DNA of 64,000 nt from Myxococcota bacterium (GTDB lineage: Bacteria; Myxococcota; JAJVIH01). The notes under the pieces are model-generated. The model saw only the letters and a program-made list of their open reading frames with translations. It was not told the DNA's origin and did not search any database. The stretch is from positions 29,081-93,080 of the forward strand of contig JAJVIH010000016.1 of assembly GCA_022072125.1 (NCBI GenBank). Reading direction: 5' to 3'. Shown here one piece after another: positions 30,321 through 40,640 of the stretch (position 1 is the stretch's first letter; every line of letters begins with the position of its first letter). A program made the translations under genes and the position numbers.

Positions 30321-32027
30321 TTACGCCCGGGATTTCCTTTTCCGGACGGGAGGCGGCGGGTCCGGGTCAATCAAGGGGAACCCGGCGCGAAATTCCGAAC
30401 CCTCGCCGGGAAGGCTCTCCAGTTCGATTTGTCCCTGGTGCAGGTCCACAATCTGCTTGACCACGTACAGGCCGATGCCTGCTCCGCCATGCCGGCGCCG
30501 TGGCGACGAATCCGCCTGGAAAAACATCTCGAATACCCGGCGCTGGTCTTCCATGGAAATCCCCACCCCGTGATCGCGCACGCTCGCCCAGCCGTGGCGG
30601 TTTTTCCGGAACGCCTTCACTTCCACGGGTTCGCCGGGCCGGCTGAACTTGATGGCGTTGTCAATCAGGTTGATGAGCATGCGATGGATTTTCGCCGCGT
30701 CTCCCCGGATGAACAGCGCCTCCGGACAGTCCACCACCAGGGGTCCCGCGCCCGGGCGCGCCGCGAAGACATCCGCGGCGTCGCGCACGGCGCGGGCGAG
30801 GTCCATGGGTTCGGGATTGATCCGCTCCATGTCGCGTTGACGGCGCGCGGAAAAGATCAGGTTTTCGATCAGATCCACCAGCATGCGGATATTCTTGTGG
30901 GAGACTTCCAGCCCGCGCCGCTGCTCGCTGGTGAGCGGTCCCAGCTCCTCGCCCAGCATCAGCTCCGTGTAGCCCAGAATGCTGACCAGCGGCGACCGGA
31001 GTTCGTGGGAGATCGTGGCCAGCAGGTTGGTTTTGATCTGGTCGAGGGCGCGCAATTCCACGTTGGCGGCTTCCAGCCGGGAGCCGCGCGCCTCCAGTTC
31101 GCGGATCAGTTCGATCTTGTCGAGGAGAATGCTGAGGCTGTGCGCCATCAACTGGATGAACTCGGCGCCGCCTTCTTGCTGCCAGCCCGGGGTGGAAGGC
31201 AACACCATGCAGCCGGAAACCCGGGCGGTGGTGCGCAGCAGAAAGGTTTCGATGGCCAGTCCGGGGATCTGACGGCTGATCTCGCCTTCGCTCCAGACGT
31301 TCACCAACTCCCCGGCGCCGCCGCGGAGCACCGCTGGAAGCCGCGGCGGACCTTCCGCCGTGGCGACGCAGACCTCCGCCAGGTGAAAATCATCGCCTCC
31401 GGCGCCGCGCCAATAGAGGGCGGCCCACGGCATGTCGAGCAGCATCAGCATCTGCAGCAGAACCCTGCGCACCGGCGCGTGCTCGTCACCGGCCCCGGCG
31501 ATGGCCTCCGTCGCCTCCCGGGCCAGCCGGATCTGCCGTTCGCGGGTTTCCAGGGCGAAGCGGATGCGCCGCATCTGCCCCAGCCGGGACAGCGCCGCCC
31601 CAGCCAGGCGCCCGGCCAGGCTCGCCGCCAGTTGGGCGGGTTCCGCTTCCGCGGTCACCGGATCCGTTCCGCCGGACGCCATGACCGGACGGACAAACCG
31701 CAGCACCAGCACTTCCTGGTTCTCCTCCGCAACCGGGGTTTGCATCCATTCGGTCTGGAACCGCTGATCATCGCTGGCGGGACTGTCCTCCCACCAGCGT
31801 TTGTCCTCCATGGTGATGCGTTCGCCGTTGGGAAATATCCCCCAGGAATAAAGGGGCGTCATCCGCCGCACGCCGCGATAGATGCCCAGGCGATCCACGG
31901 GGAGAAATTCCGTGGCCCAGTTGGTCAGTTCCTCATGGATGTCGCCGTTGCTGGTGCAGGATTGCAGCCGCAATCCCAGGTCGGCCAGGCTGCGCAACAG
32001 ATCGCCAGATGTGGACGCCGTGTTCAT
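30321..32027 (-). CDS. Cytoplasmic sensor histidine kinase
   Basis: ISHELRSPL H-box, NLIDNAIKFS, DHGVGI, FEMFFQ, GAGIGL; GAF-like N-terminal region; start 32027 or 32135. Confidence 0.88.
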   Translation of the reverse strand: MNTASTSGDLLRSLADLGLRLQSCTSNGDIHEELTNWATEFLPVDRLGIYRGVRRMTPLYSWGIFPNGERITMEDKRWWEDSPASDDQRFQTEWMQTPVAEENQEVLVLRFVRPVMASGGTDPVTAEAEPAQLAASLAGRLAGAALSRLGQMRRIRFALETRERQIRLAREATEAIAGAGDEHAPVRRVLLQMLMLLDMPWAALYWRGAGGDDFHLAEVCVATAEGPPRLPAVLRGGAGELVNVWSEGEISRQIPGLAIETFLLRTTARVSGCMVLPSTPGWQQEGGAEFIQLMAHSLSILLDKIELIRELEARGSRLEAANVELRALDQIKTNLLATISHELRSPLVSILGYTELMLGEELGPLTSEQRRGLEVSHKNIRMLVDLIENLIFSARRQRDMERINPEPMDLARAVRDAADVFAARPGAGPLVVDCPEALFIRGDAAKIHRMLINLIDNAIKFSRPGEPVEVKAFRKNRHGWASVRDHGVGISMEDQRRVFEMFFQADSSPRRRHGGAGIGLYVVKQIVDLHQGQIELESLPGEGSEFRAGFPLIDPDPPPPVRKRKSRA

Positions 32028-32133
32028 TTTCAGTGCGGAAAACCCTGTCTCCGGCTCCGGCGTTCTGGCTGCCCCTTCCAGAAACGGGATACGGGGATTG
32101 ACGGTGCGCCGATTTGATGATCTTTTCGCCGCC

Positions 32134-33294
32134 ATGGCAATTCAGGGGCGAGGCGGCGCGCCATCCAGAAGGAGCGGGGGCCAGGACCATCGGCGTCCGT
32201 CTTCCGTTTGGCCCCCGCTTCTCTTGATCGCCGGGCTGCTGGCGCTGCCGCCCGCGGAGGGCCGGGCCGCCAATTTCGGCTATCGCCTGGTGCTCAATGT
32301 CTGGCCCGAGGCCGACACCAACGCCACCCGCGTCACCAACAACGCCAATCCGCCGCCGGTCGCCGGCGGTCTGATCAACGCCTCCCTGTTCGCCGACGGC
32401 GCATGGCTCGCCGCCAATCGCCAGCATCTGGTAGACTTGTCCTGGTCCATTGGAGGGAAGGTCTTTTTCAGCGAGCGCACCGAGGATATGCTCGTCAACG
32501 CCGCCGACGCGCGATACTCCTTCCGCCCCATCCCCATGCTGGCGTTCGGCGTGCAGGGCCGCCTCAAGGATATGCGGCTGCGCCTGAGCGACCGCGATTT
32601 CACCTCGCTTTCCGGCATGGGCACGGCGGACATCCAGACCTGGCCCATGGGGTCCATCCAGGGCCGCGGCGGCGTGCGCGGCTTCGCGTTCCATCCCGAC
32701 CCGACCTTCAGTTTCGTCGCGCCGTCCGTGGGTGGAAGTTTGCGCCAGGGCATTGTCGGCAAGCTGGCGGCGGCGGCGGGATATGATCTCTTTCTCAAGA
32801 ATTTCTCCAGCGCCGCCTTCGTGCGGGTGGCCGATCCCACCGGAAAAGTCGCGGTGGCTCAGGGCGAGGCCAGCCGTTCGGACAACCTGCACGCGCTGTC
32901 CTTCAACCTGTCGTGGACAGGCAGCTTCATCGCGGAAGGCGGTTACTTGTTGCAGATCAACAACTCCAACAGCGTGGGCGAATCCATCACCCGCCACCGC
33001 GTCACCGCCGGCGTGACCTTCGTGCCCTTCTGGGAGATCTTCGCCCAGCTTCAGGGACAACTTCAGTTCACGCGGTTTGGCGACGGCATCTTCCTGTCGC
33101 AAACCTTGTTCCTGGAAAACGACGATGAAAACCAGAGCGCCGTCATGGCCGCGATCGGCAGGGAGATCGGCTCTGGATTCACCCTGCAAGGCCAATACAA
33201 ACTGTTCGCATCCGAGTTTTCGCGCAACGGGGCCGTATTCACCCGTCATGTAATCACCTTCGGGATTACCTGGCGATTTGAAGGAGTTCTCTGA
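32134..33294 (+). CDS. Predicted outer-membrane beta-barrel protein
   Basis: Signal peptide, many amphipathic beta-strands, C-terminal HVITFGITWRF. Confidence 0.7.
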   Translation: MAIQGRGGAPSRRSGGQDHRRPSSVWPPLLLIAGLLALPPAEGRAANFGYRLVLNVWPEADTNATRVTNNANPPPVAGGLINASLFADGAWLAANRQHLVDLSWSIGGKVFFSERTEDMLVNAADARYSFRPIPMLAFGVQGRLKDMRLRLSDRDFTSLSGMGTADIQTWPMGSIQGRGGVRGFAFHPDPTFSFVAPSVGGSLRQGIVGKLAAAAGYDLFLKNFSSAAFVRVADPTGKVAVAQGEASRSDNLHALSFNLSWTGSFIAEGGYLLQINNSNSVGESITRHRVTAGVTFVPFWEIFAQLQGQLQFTRFGDGIFLSQTLFLENDDENQSAVMAAIGREIGSGFTLQGQYKLFASEFSRNGAVFTRHVITFGITWRFEGVL

Positions 33295-34679
33295 TGAAGC
33301 GGAGAGCCCGTGAATTGATTCCCTGGATGATCCTGTCTCTGGCCGCGGGCTGCGGCGCGGAAAGCGCCCTGGTCACGAATGCGCCTGGGGATGGCGTGAT
33401 CCGGCTGTTTGATGTTCCGATCACCGGCATGAAGATCGAGGCGCCGGCGGCGGCGGGCCCCCCCGTCAAGGCCGAATTGAGCGGAACCCTGCGCGAGCCC
33501 TGCGGATCCATCAACCGGATTTACGCGGAGGCCGGCGGCAAACGCCTGCGCTTCCGGGCGCTGGAAGGCCGCAGTTTCACCCCATGCCAGAACGGCGGTC
33601 CCAGCGAATTCCTCGAACGGGCGGAAGTATTCGGGCTGGGAGCGGGCCGCCACCAGTTCATTGGCGGCGGCCAAACCGTCGAGGCGTTGATCGCGCCAGA
33701 GGCGGAAGGTCTGAAATCCTGTCCGGAACAACCCTTCGCCATTCGCAACGTGGTCATTCCCTCGCGGGTTCCGCGCGGGAGCCCTTGGGTCGCGGAAGGC
33801 GTGGTCCGGACCGATCATCTTTGCCAGTTGCCGGTCCGGCCCGAGGTCAACATGGAAGGCGACCGCATCCTCATGTCCTGGATGGGGCATTCCTGCGCCG
33901 CGGGAGGCGAAGGCTGCGAGGATATTCCGGGTGAGGAGCCGGTCCAGGTCAAAATCCCGCCGCTGTGGTCTCCGTTCATCACCGTCAACTGGGGTGAGGG
34001 AGATCGCCGCATCCAGCTCATGGAGCCCACCCGCGAATGTTCGTCCGGGCAACCGCTGTCCGCCAATGTCCGGCTGGAAAAAGCGGGATTGCGCGAACCG
34101 CCGGGTCATGTCATCGCCGCGGACTTCACCCTGCCGGGGGGAACCTGGCCCACGCCCGTTGAACTGGTGCGCATCGGCGCCTCGTTCGAGGTGGTGCTGG
34201 GCTGGTATGAATGTGATCCGGGCAGTTCCGTGGAGCCGCCGCGCGCCATCGTCCGCCGCATACCGGTGGGTGAATTGCCGCCGGGCGAATACCAGATCGG
34301 CGTCAACGGCGGCGTTCCCGTCAAGGCGCGGGTGGATCTGCCTTGCGTGGAAACCGCCGCCGCCGCCCGTGAGGTCCTGCTCTCCTCGGGCGCCAGCGCG
34401 GCGGGTGAAAATTTCATCCTGGCCGCCGGGCAGCCGCTGACCATTCAGGCGTCCGGAAACACCCTCGACGGCTGCCATGACGCCGTGGGCCTGGCCGTCA
34501 AGCGATCCGGTCAGGATATTTCCCTGCGCGTCCGGCAGCAGCGCTGCAACCCCGTTTCCTTCTGCGAGGCGCCCCCCAGGGAATACCGCCTGCACGCCCT
34601 GGTGACCGGCCTCGGCGTTGGGAACTGGCGCGTGCAGACGGCGGAGGATCAGCCTCCCATGACCTTCCAGGTGCGCTGA
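33294..34679 (+). CDS. Lipoprotein with four tandem Cys-containing beta-sandwich modules
   Basis: Lipobox AAGC; repeated G-x-L..C...C...L-x-x-G-x-Y/W-x-V pattern. Confidence 0.7.
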   Translation: MKRRARELIPWMILSLAAGCGAESALVTNAPGDGVIRLFDVPITGMKIEAPAAAGPPVKAELSGTLREPCGSINRIYAEAGGKRLRFRALEGRSFTPCQNGGPSEFLERAEVFGLGAGRHQFIGGGQTVEALIAPEAEGLKSCPEQPFAIRNVVIPSRVPRGSPWVAEGVVRTDHLCQLPVRPEVNMEGDRILMSWMGHSCAAGGEGCEDIPGEEPVQVKIPPLWSPFITVNWGEGDRRIQLMEPTRECSSGQPLSANVRLEKAGLREPPGHVIAADFTLPGGTWPTPVELVRIGASFEVVLGWYECDPGSSVEPPRAIVRRIPVGELPPGEYQIGVNGGVPVKARVDLPCVETAAAAREVLLSSGASAAGENFILAAGQPLTIQASGNTLDGCHDAVGLAVKRSGQDISLRVRQQRCNPVSFCEAPPREYRLHALVTGLGVGNWRVQTAEDQPPMTFQVR

Positions 34680-34680
34680 A

Positions 34681-35415
34681 GTGAGCGGACGCCTGCCGCC
34701 GGCGAAAACGCTGCTGTGGTGGTTGTGCGGCGTCACCGCCTGTGTGGGAGTAATTGGCGCCCTCGGCCGCCTGATCCCGGTCTTTGGACCGCATTCCGGC
34801 GCGCTGATCTCGCTGCTGCTGTTCGTATCCGCTGTCGCCGCCGCCCACCGGTATCAACTCGATAATCCGGAGATCGGACTGACGCTGGAGCGTCCCCGCG
34901 TCTGGGCGGTTCAGGCGTTGGCCTGGTTTGTGATCACCGCTGTTCCGTGGACGCCGCTTTTCCTGGCCTGGTCCGGACTGATGAAAACCGGCGGATGGAC
35001 CAGCGCCTTCACCTCGCCGCAGGAGTGGATCAACAGCTTCCAGCGGGAGTGGGCGGCTTTCCAGTTCCGTTTGCCCGATGGATTCGCCGGACTGGCGCTG
35101 TCGCAGGTGCTCGCGGTCGCCCTGCCCGAGGAGCTGTTTTACCGCGGACTGGTTCAGGGACACCTGGAGCGGTGCTGGCCCGCCCGCCGGAGATTATGGG
35201 GCGCGCCAGTGGGACGGGCGTTGCTGGCGACCAGCGCGGTCTTTGCCGCGGGACATGTCATCAGCTATATGCATCCCCAGCAGGCGGGGGTGTTTTTTCC
35301 GGCGTTGCTGTATGGCTGGCTGCGCGCCCGCAGCGGAGGCGTCGCCGCGCCGGTGCTGGTCCACGCGGGACACAACCTGTGGGCGGCGGTCATGTGGGAA
35401 AGCGTCTGGCGGTGA
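34681..35415 (+). CDS. CPBP family glutamic-type intramembrane protease, myxosortase-like
   Basis: VALPEELFYRGLVQ, SAVFAAGH, FFPALLYGWLRARSGG, HAGHN motifs. Confidence 0.85.
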   Translation: MSGRLPPAKTLLWWLCGVTACVGVIGALGRLIPVFGPHSGALISLLLFVSAVAAAHRYQLDNPEIGLTLERPRVWAVQALAWFVITAVPWTPLFLAWSGLMKTGGWTSAFTSPQEWINSFQREWAAFQFRLPDGFAGLALSQVLAVALPEELFYRGLVQGHLERCWPARRRLWGAPVGRALLATSAVFAAGHVISYMHPQQAGVFFPALLYGWLRARSGGVAAPVLVHAGHNLWAAVMWESVWR

Positions 35416-35419
35416 GTTG

Positions 35420-35641
35420 ATGATGAGATTCCTTCGCATCCTGTTGCTGATGGCGTTGGGCGCCGCGCTGTTCTGGTATTTCCAGCGGTTGACCCGGGCG
35501 ATGAAAGAACGCCGCCGCCGGGAAAACGCCTCGCGCGGAGAAATCATCGAGGCCGAATACACCGCGCAGCCCCATCCGCGCCCCGGCGGCGGTCCGGGCG
35601 AAGACGGCGGAGAAAATTCCGGTCCCGCCAGCCCACCCTGA
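35420..35641 (+). CDS. Small membrane protein
   Basis: MMRFLRILLLMALGAALFWYF TM, basic patch, IIEAEY motif; directly follows the protease gene. Confidence 0.55.
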   Translation: MMRFLRILLLMALGAALFWYFQRLTRAMKERRRRENASRGEIIEAEYTAQPHPRPGGGPGEDGGENSGPASPP

Positions 35642-35725
35642 TCCGGGCTTCCCGTTGAAATGACTTCGCGGCCTCCGGAGCGGAGACCGCAAAAGGGTTG
35701 AATGCATCCGCCAAGGGGCGGGCGA

Positions 35726-38386
35726 TCATTCCTTCCCGGCGAGTTCCAGTTTCTTGAGATTTGGATCGGCGGAAATCGCCGCCTCGCTGAACAGGATATC
35801 CCGGAATTTGCGGGACGAGAACAGTCCGGTCTGATCGGCGAAGTGGGGCGAACGGCTGTCTCCCGACTGCGAATAGGTCAGGATGGCTTTGGCCCGCGGC
35901 CCCTGGTCCGTATACTCCAGCGCCATCACGAAGCTGCTGCCGTGCCCCACCACGTATCCCAGATCGCTCAGCCCCGTCAGGCCGTTGATGGTCTTGCCCT
36001 TGGGGATGCGCGGCAGGAGCGTTCCATTCATGGGTTCGCCGATATCCATCATGTTGAAAGCGCCCTCGACCGTGCCGTTGCCGCCGGGAACGGGAATGCG
36101 CTTGCCGTTCTTCACGAAATGCTGCGCCTCGCCGAGGGGAGTGTCCGGCTTGAGTTTGGCCTGCTCCAGGCGCTGGAAGGCCTTCGCGATGTTGATCAGG
36201 ATGAGGTCCTGGGTTCCGGCCGCCGCCAGCCCCGAAGGCGTGGACTCCGGCTTCGCCGGATCAAAAGCCTGGGAAAACAGCTTGCCCTTGTCGAAATAAT
36301 CCTTCCACTCAAAACTTCCCAGGAATTCGCGCCAGGCCAGCGCGCCCCTGCTATCCGGATGCAGGCGGCCGTCCCAGTTGCGCAGCGCGTCGCACATGCT
36401 GGAAATATTGATCGCCTTGCCGGCCACCGTGACCTCCTTCAGCCCGGTGCAACGCTCGATCACGGGCTGGCGCAGGGTTTCTTCCATCCAGCCGCGGTTG
36501 GCGGCGAGGACGCCCGCCAGTTCATCGAGGGTGAATTTGCCATCCGCGCCGGAGACGCCGCCCTCGCGCGTTTCGGTGATCATCACCAGGTTGAGGCGGG
36601 TGCGCGGATCGCGCGGGGTCTTCTCCAGCCCGAACAAGGGCGAAAAACCTTCCAGCCGCTGCGCCGGATTGCTCAGCCAGTGGCTGTCGTTGGAATTGAA
36701 AACAAAGTCCGTGCGCCGGAGCCTGGGCGCTTTCGACAAGGGAACCAGACCGGGGCGCGGCGAATCCGCTTCCGTGACCCACTCGAACACCGGGTCGGAG
36801 CCATCCAGCAGCACCGCGCCATTGTTGTAGACCAACCCCACCAGCCCATCCTCCTTGATCAGCTTTTGCCAGGCTTCCAGGCCCTCCTTGCTGAGGTTGG
36901 GAACGGAGGTGGAGTCCATGTACAGGACGTTGCCTTCCTTGTCGGCGGCCATGGTGTTGACCCAGGGAATGCCGTGAACCTTTTCGTGCGCGCCGGCGAA
37001 TTCATCCATACTTCCCGCCGACGCCATGCGGTAGAACTGCTCCAGCAGGGCGCTGCTGTCGTCGTTGGCGTCGCGCATGGTCAGGCCAAGCTGCGGCTGC
37101 CAGCCGAAAGGCTGGACGTTGAGCATGGGACCGTAGTGGGTGCGGTACAGCACACGTTCGCGTTTGGCCAGGGAGCCGTCCGCCTGTTTGACCTCGATGG
37201 AGAAGCGCGTCGCAGTCATGTTCCGCCACTCCTTGCCGTAGCGGTACTGGGTGGGATTGCGCGGGTTGATGGTCAGTTTGTAGAGCGTGAATCGCTGCGA
37301 GGACGATACGGTATGCGTCCAGCCCACGTTTTCATTGAAGCCGATGTTGATTCCCACCACGCCCATCAGCGCCACGCCGTAGGCGTTGAGCTTGCCCGGC
37401 ACGGTCAGGTGGACTTCATGCAGCTTGAGTTCGCCTTCCCAGGGGAAATGCGGATTGGCCAGCACCATGCCCCGTCCGGAAGCGCTGCGTTCCCTGCCGA
37501 TGGCCCAGCCGTTGCTGCCCAGCCGCGGCCGCAGGTTGGGAAAGCCCTTCATATCTCCCGGCTGGATGGACGGCGGCGCCTTGCTCGGGGAAGGCGCGGG
37601 CGGTGACGCGGCGGCCATGGGATTGAGGAACTGCAGGCCCGAGGCGAAATGTCCCAGCGCGAAATAATAGGCCGTCAGGTCATATGGCGATACCGGGCGC
37701 ACCCAGGGCTGGTTGGCGCATTCCGCCGGGAGGTCCGCCGGTTTGGTGTCCGCCAGGTATTTGTTGAAGCCCGCCGCGTAGCCCCGGATCATGTCACGCA
37801 GTTCCGGACTGAATTTGGGCAGCGCCAGGCGCGCCTTGCGCATCACATCCAGTTGCAGGAAGGCGAAGTCGCTGTCCACATGGCGGTCATTGTTGCCCGG
37901 GCCGAGGAACATCGCCCGTTCGCCGCGCACGCGCACGATCTGATCGGCGAGGGTGCAAACATGATCCTGGGCGAATGCGTAACCCTGGCCGAAGGCGGCG
38001 CTTCCCGGATCATCCGCGGTGATATGCGGGACGCCATAACTGGTGCGGCGGATCACGGCCTTGTATTCGCGCGCCTCGAATTTCTCCTCCGGCGGCAGGA
38101 CAAAACCGGTGATGGTGACGCCGCCCGGTCCCCCGTCCGGTTCGTCCGGGCCGGATGATCCGCCATCGCTTCCCCCGCCGCCTGTATCGGCGGGCGCGGT
38201 GTCTGGCGCGGTGTCCGGTCCGGCGGCGTCTCCCGGTCCGGCGTCTTCAGCCGGGGCGGCGTCCGCGGGCGCGCCGTCCCGATCCCCCGGCGCGGGGCCG
38301 GAATCATTGACATTCTCCGTGGAGGAACAGGCGGCGGACAGCAGCGCGGCGATCAACCAGACATACAGGTGCTTGCGCATGGCCAA
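35726..38386 (-). CDS. Penicillin acylase family Ntn-hydrolase (AHL acylase/PvdQ-like) lipoprotein
   Basis: Lipobox SAAC; IRRTSYGVPHI, GQGYAFAQD, GSNGWAIG nucleophile site, LANPHFPW, YRTHYGP, PWVNT, YSQS..PHFADQT. Confidence 0.92.
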   Translation of the reverse strand: MAMRKHLYVWLIAALLSAACSSTENVNDSGPAPGDRDGAPADAAPAEDAGPGDAAGPDTAPDTAPADTGGGGSDGGSSGPDEPDGGPGGVTITGFVLPPEEKFEAREYKAVIRRTSYGVPHITADDPGSAAFGQGYAFAQDHVCTLADQIVRVRGERAMFLGPGNNDRHVDSDFAFLQLDVMRKARLALPKFSPELRDMIRGYAAGFNKYLADTKPADLPAECANQPWVRPVSPYDLTAYYFALGHFASGLQFLNPMAAASPPAPSPSKAPPSIQPGDMKGFPNLRPRLGSNGWAIGRERSASGRGMVLANPHFPWEGELKLHEVHLTVPGKLNAYGVALMGVVGINIGFNENVGWTHTVSSSQRFTLYKLTINPRNPTQYRYGKEWRNMTATRFSIEVKQADGSLAKRERVLYRTHYGPMLNVQPFGWQPQLGLTMRDANDDSSALLEQFYRMASAGSMDEFAGAHEKVHGIPWVNTMAADKEGNVLYMDSTSVPNLSKEGLEAWQKLIKEDGLVGLVYNNGAVLLDGSDPVFEWVTEADSPRPGLVPLSKAPRLRRTDFVFNSNDSHWLSNPAQRLEGFSPLFGLEKTPRDPRTRLNLVMITETREGGVSGADGKFTLDELAGVLAANRGWMEETLRQPVIERCTGLKEVTVAGKAINISSMCDALRNWDGRLHPDSRGALAWREFLGSFEWKDYFDKGKLFSQAFDPAKPESTPSGLAAAGTQDLILINIAKAFQRLEQAKLKPDTPLGEAQHFVKNGKRIPVPGGNGTVEGAFNMMDIGEPMNGTLLPRIPKGKTINGLTGLSDLGYVVGHGSSFVMALEYTDQGPRAKAILTYSQSGDSRSPHFADQTGLFSSRKFRDILFSEAAISADPNLKKLELAGKE

Positions 38387-38477
38387 CTCCGATCAGATGG
38401 CGGACAGGTGGAAGGAAAGGATGGTTCGAAGGCCCCGGAAGCCGTCATGAGCCTGCCGGGCGCCGCCGGAAAGACAA

Positions 38478-39290
38478 TCAATTGGACAGCCGGATGGGCA
38501 GATCCGCCGCCAGCACACGGTCTCCGCCGTCGTCGCGCGCGGCCCCCCGGTTGCTGACCCGCATGCGGATGCTGTCGCGGTAATGGTCGTAGAAACCGAC
38601 GTAGATCTTGGCCTCGTACGACTGGAAATTCGAGTACACGTAGTGGGTGAAGCGGTCGGCCACCAGTTCGCCTTTGCGCCACATGTCTGTGGGGTATTTT
38701 CCATCCGCCGGGAAATGATCCTTGATCATGCGGGTGGAGCCGTCCATGTGTACGAAAATCTTGTAGTCCACCCCCACGGGCTGAAGTACGCGGTAATACA
38801 GGATCACATCCACGCGCTCGGTCGGGGCGAAATGCTCGCGCATCACCTGCCAGGGCCGGCCGTCCACGAACTTGTTGGGAACGCCGTCAAGCTGGATGAC
38901 ATCGCCCTGCACGCCGGTGATTTCGTACTTCTCGTAGTAACCTTCCGGATCGCCGGTGAAGAACAGGTCCCCGGCGCGCACGCCCTTTGCGGGCAGCCCC
39001 GCGCCTTCCAGCAGAAGCGCCTTGTCCTGACCGGAAACCCGCTTCGCCTCCTTGCCATCGGCGAGGATATTGTTCACGCCGAAGAAATCGGTTCCTTCCA
39101 GCTTGAGGGCGTTGTCCCAGATGGCCTGGGAACGGCGTTTTTCGGGGATGCGCGGCATCTCCGGCAGGATCACGCTGCCCAGTTTTTCCCGGTTGAAATT
39201 GTGCCGGGTTTCTTCCACCGATTGCGGATCCGGCAGGCAGGCGCCAAGGGCCAGAACCACCGCCGGAATAGCCATGAATTTCTTCATCAT
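38478..39290 (-). CDS. Hypothetical lipoprotein
   Basis: Lipobox LGAC; C-terminal DYKIFVH..DHFP..GKYPTDMWRKGELVAD Ig-like domain. Confidence 0.7.
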   Translation of the reverse strand: MMKKFMAIPAVVLALGACLPDPQSVEETRHNFNREKLGSVILPEMPRIPEKRRSQAIWDNALKLEGTDFFGVNNILADGKEAKRVSGQDKALLLEGAGLPAKGVRAGDLFFTGDPEGYYEKYEITGVQGDVIQLDGVPNKFVDGRPWQVMREHFAPTERVDVILYYRVLQPVGVDYKIFVHMDGSTRMIKDHFPADGKYPTDMWRKGELVADRFTHYVYSNFQSYEAKIYVGFYDHYRDSIRMRVSNRGAARDDGGDRVLAADLPIRLSN

Positions 39291-39339
39291 CGGATCAATG
39301 GTGTGAGGAGGGAGGCGGGATGGCCGCTGGCCGGCGCCG

Positions 39340-40548
39340 TTATTTTTTCTCTTCCGCGGGTTTGGGCGCTTCTTCAGGCTTTTTCTCTCCGGCCGTGCCG
39401 TTGGCTGGCGCTTCCTTGCCGTTCTCGTCGGAAGGCGGCGCCGCGGCGGGGGCTTCCGGAGGCGGAATCAACGGCACGAAATTTTTCTGCTGTTTGACGA
39501 CCAGAAGGGTGTGCGAACCGCCCTTGGCGGGAATCTGCACGGCGGCGATCTCCTCCGTCAGCGCCACGCCGGTTTCCACGGTGCCGCCGGTGACCTCGCC
39601 CAGTTCGGTCAGGACGTTGTTGAAGAGTTCAGCCGCCTCTTCCTTCTGTTTGGCCATCTCCTTGGGCAGCATTTTGCGGAAGCCCTTGTCGTCCTTCTTG
39701 ATGAGGACCTTGACCAGCTTGTTGCCGTAATCCAGCCATTCCCCCAGTTCAGCGGCGGGGCGGTAATGATGCACGATGACCATGGATTTATCCGCCTGCG
39801 CCAGCAACAGGGGAGCAGGGGCGCGCCCTCCCCCCACGAACGCGAGCCAGTTGCCGTCGCCCAGGTCCCGCAGGCTCTCCACCTTGGCGCCTTCGGTGCC
39901 GGTGGGGAAAAACGCCTTCTTCCAGTTATCGAGCCATTTGCGGAAATTGTCCGCCGAAAACCCTTTTTTCGCCGCCTCGGGGAGACCATTCTCGTACGCG
40001 CTGGCGTCATCCTGCCTGATTTGCTCGAAGACTGCTTTCGCCAGCGCCTGCGGGCTGTCCCCGCTTTCCTCCTGGTTCCCGTCGAACGAGGTCCACGCCC
40101 AGGTTCCATCAATTTTTTCCAGGTTGATGGATAGCGCCTGCTTGTCCAGACCGATCTTGAACTGGACATGGGTATTGTCAGTCCATTGGGGATCTCCGAT
40201 TAACTGGATTTTCTCCAGGGGCACCCCCTCGAAATAAAATTCTTCGTAATTCTTCATTTCCTCATCGAATTGCGCCTGGGTGAATTTCTCCCGCATGGAC
40301 ATGGGCAACAGGTCCCGGAACGCCGCGTAATTGCGGGTGTTGATGGCCTTGACGTAACGCTGGGCGATGGACTTCACATCCACCTTGTCGAGGCCTTCCA
40401 CCAGTCCGGTTCCCTGCTGAGCGGGTGCGGCGCCAGGCGCCGGGGCTTCCTGTTTCTTTTCGCACGCGGACAGGACAAACCACGCGGCGGACACCAGCAG
40501 AAGGAACATCCAGCGCGGGCGGGCGGAGCAATACGGACGCGGGCTCAT
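39340..40548 (-). CDS. Hypothetical lipoprotein with NTF2-like repeats
   Basis: GGAG RBS; lipobox LSAC; three modules of helix + 'LLP/LP..M' + strands. Confidence 0.7.
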   Translation of the reverse strand: MSPRPYCSARPRWMFLLLVSAAWFVLSACEKKQEAPAPGAAPAQQGTGLVEGLDKVDVKSIAQRYVKAINTRNYAAFRDLLPMSMREKFTQAQFDEEMKNYEEFYFEGVPLEKIQLIGDPQWTDNTHVQFKIGLDKQALSINLEKIDGTWAWTSFDGNQEESGDSPQALAKAVFEQIRQDDASAYENGLPEAAKKGFSADNFRKWLDNWKKAFFPTGTEGAKVESLRDLGDGNWLAFVGGGRAPAPLLLAQADKSMVIVHHYRPAAELGEWLDYGNKLVKVLIKKDDKGFRKMLPKEMAKQKEEAAELFNNVLTELGEVTGGTVETGVALTEEIAAVQIPAKGGSHTLLVVKQQKNFVPLIPPPEAPAAAPPSDENGKEAPANGTAGEKKPEEAPKPAEEKK

Positions 40549-40640
40549 GTCGTTTCTCCAGTCAGGGGACGCCCCGGTGGATACCACGGGAGCACGGGCT
40601 TGAAAAGCAGCAGACAGCCCCCGGCAGGCGGGGCGAGCCA

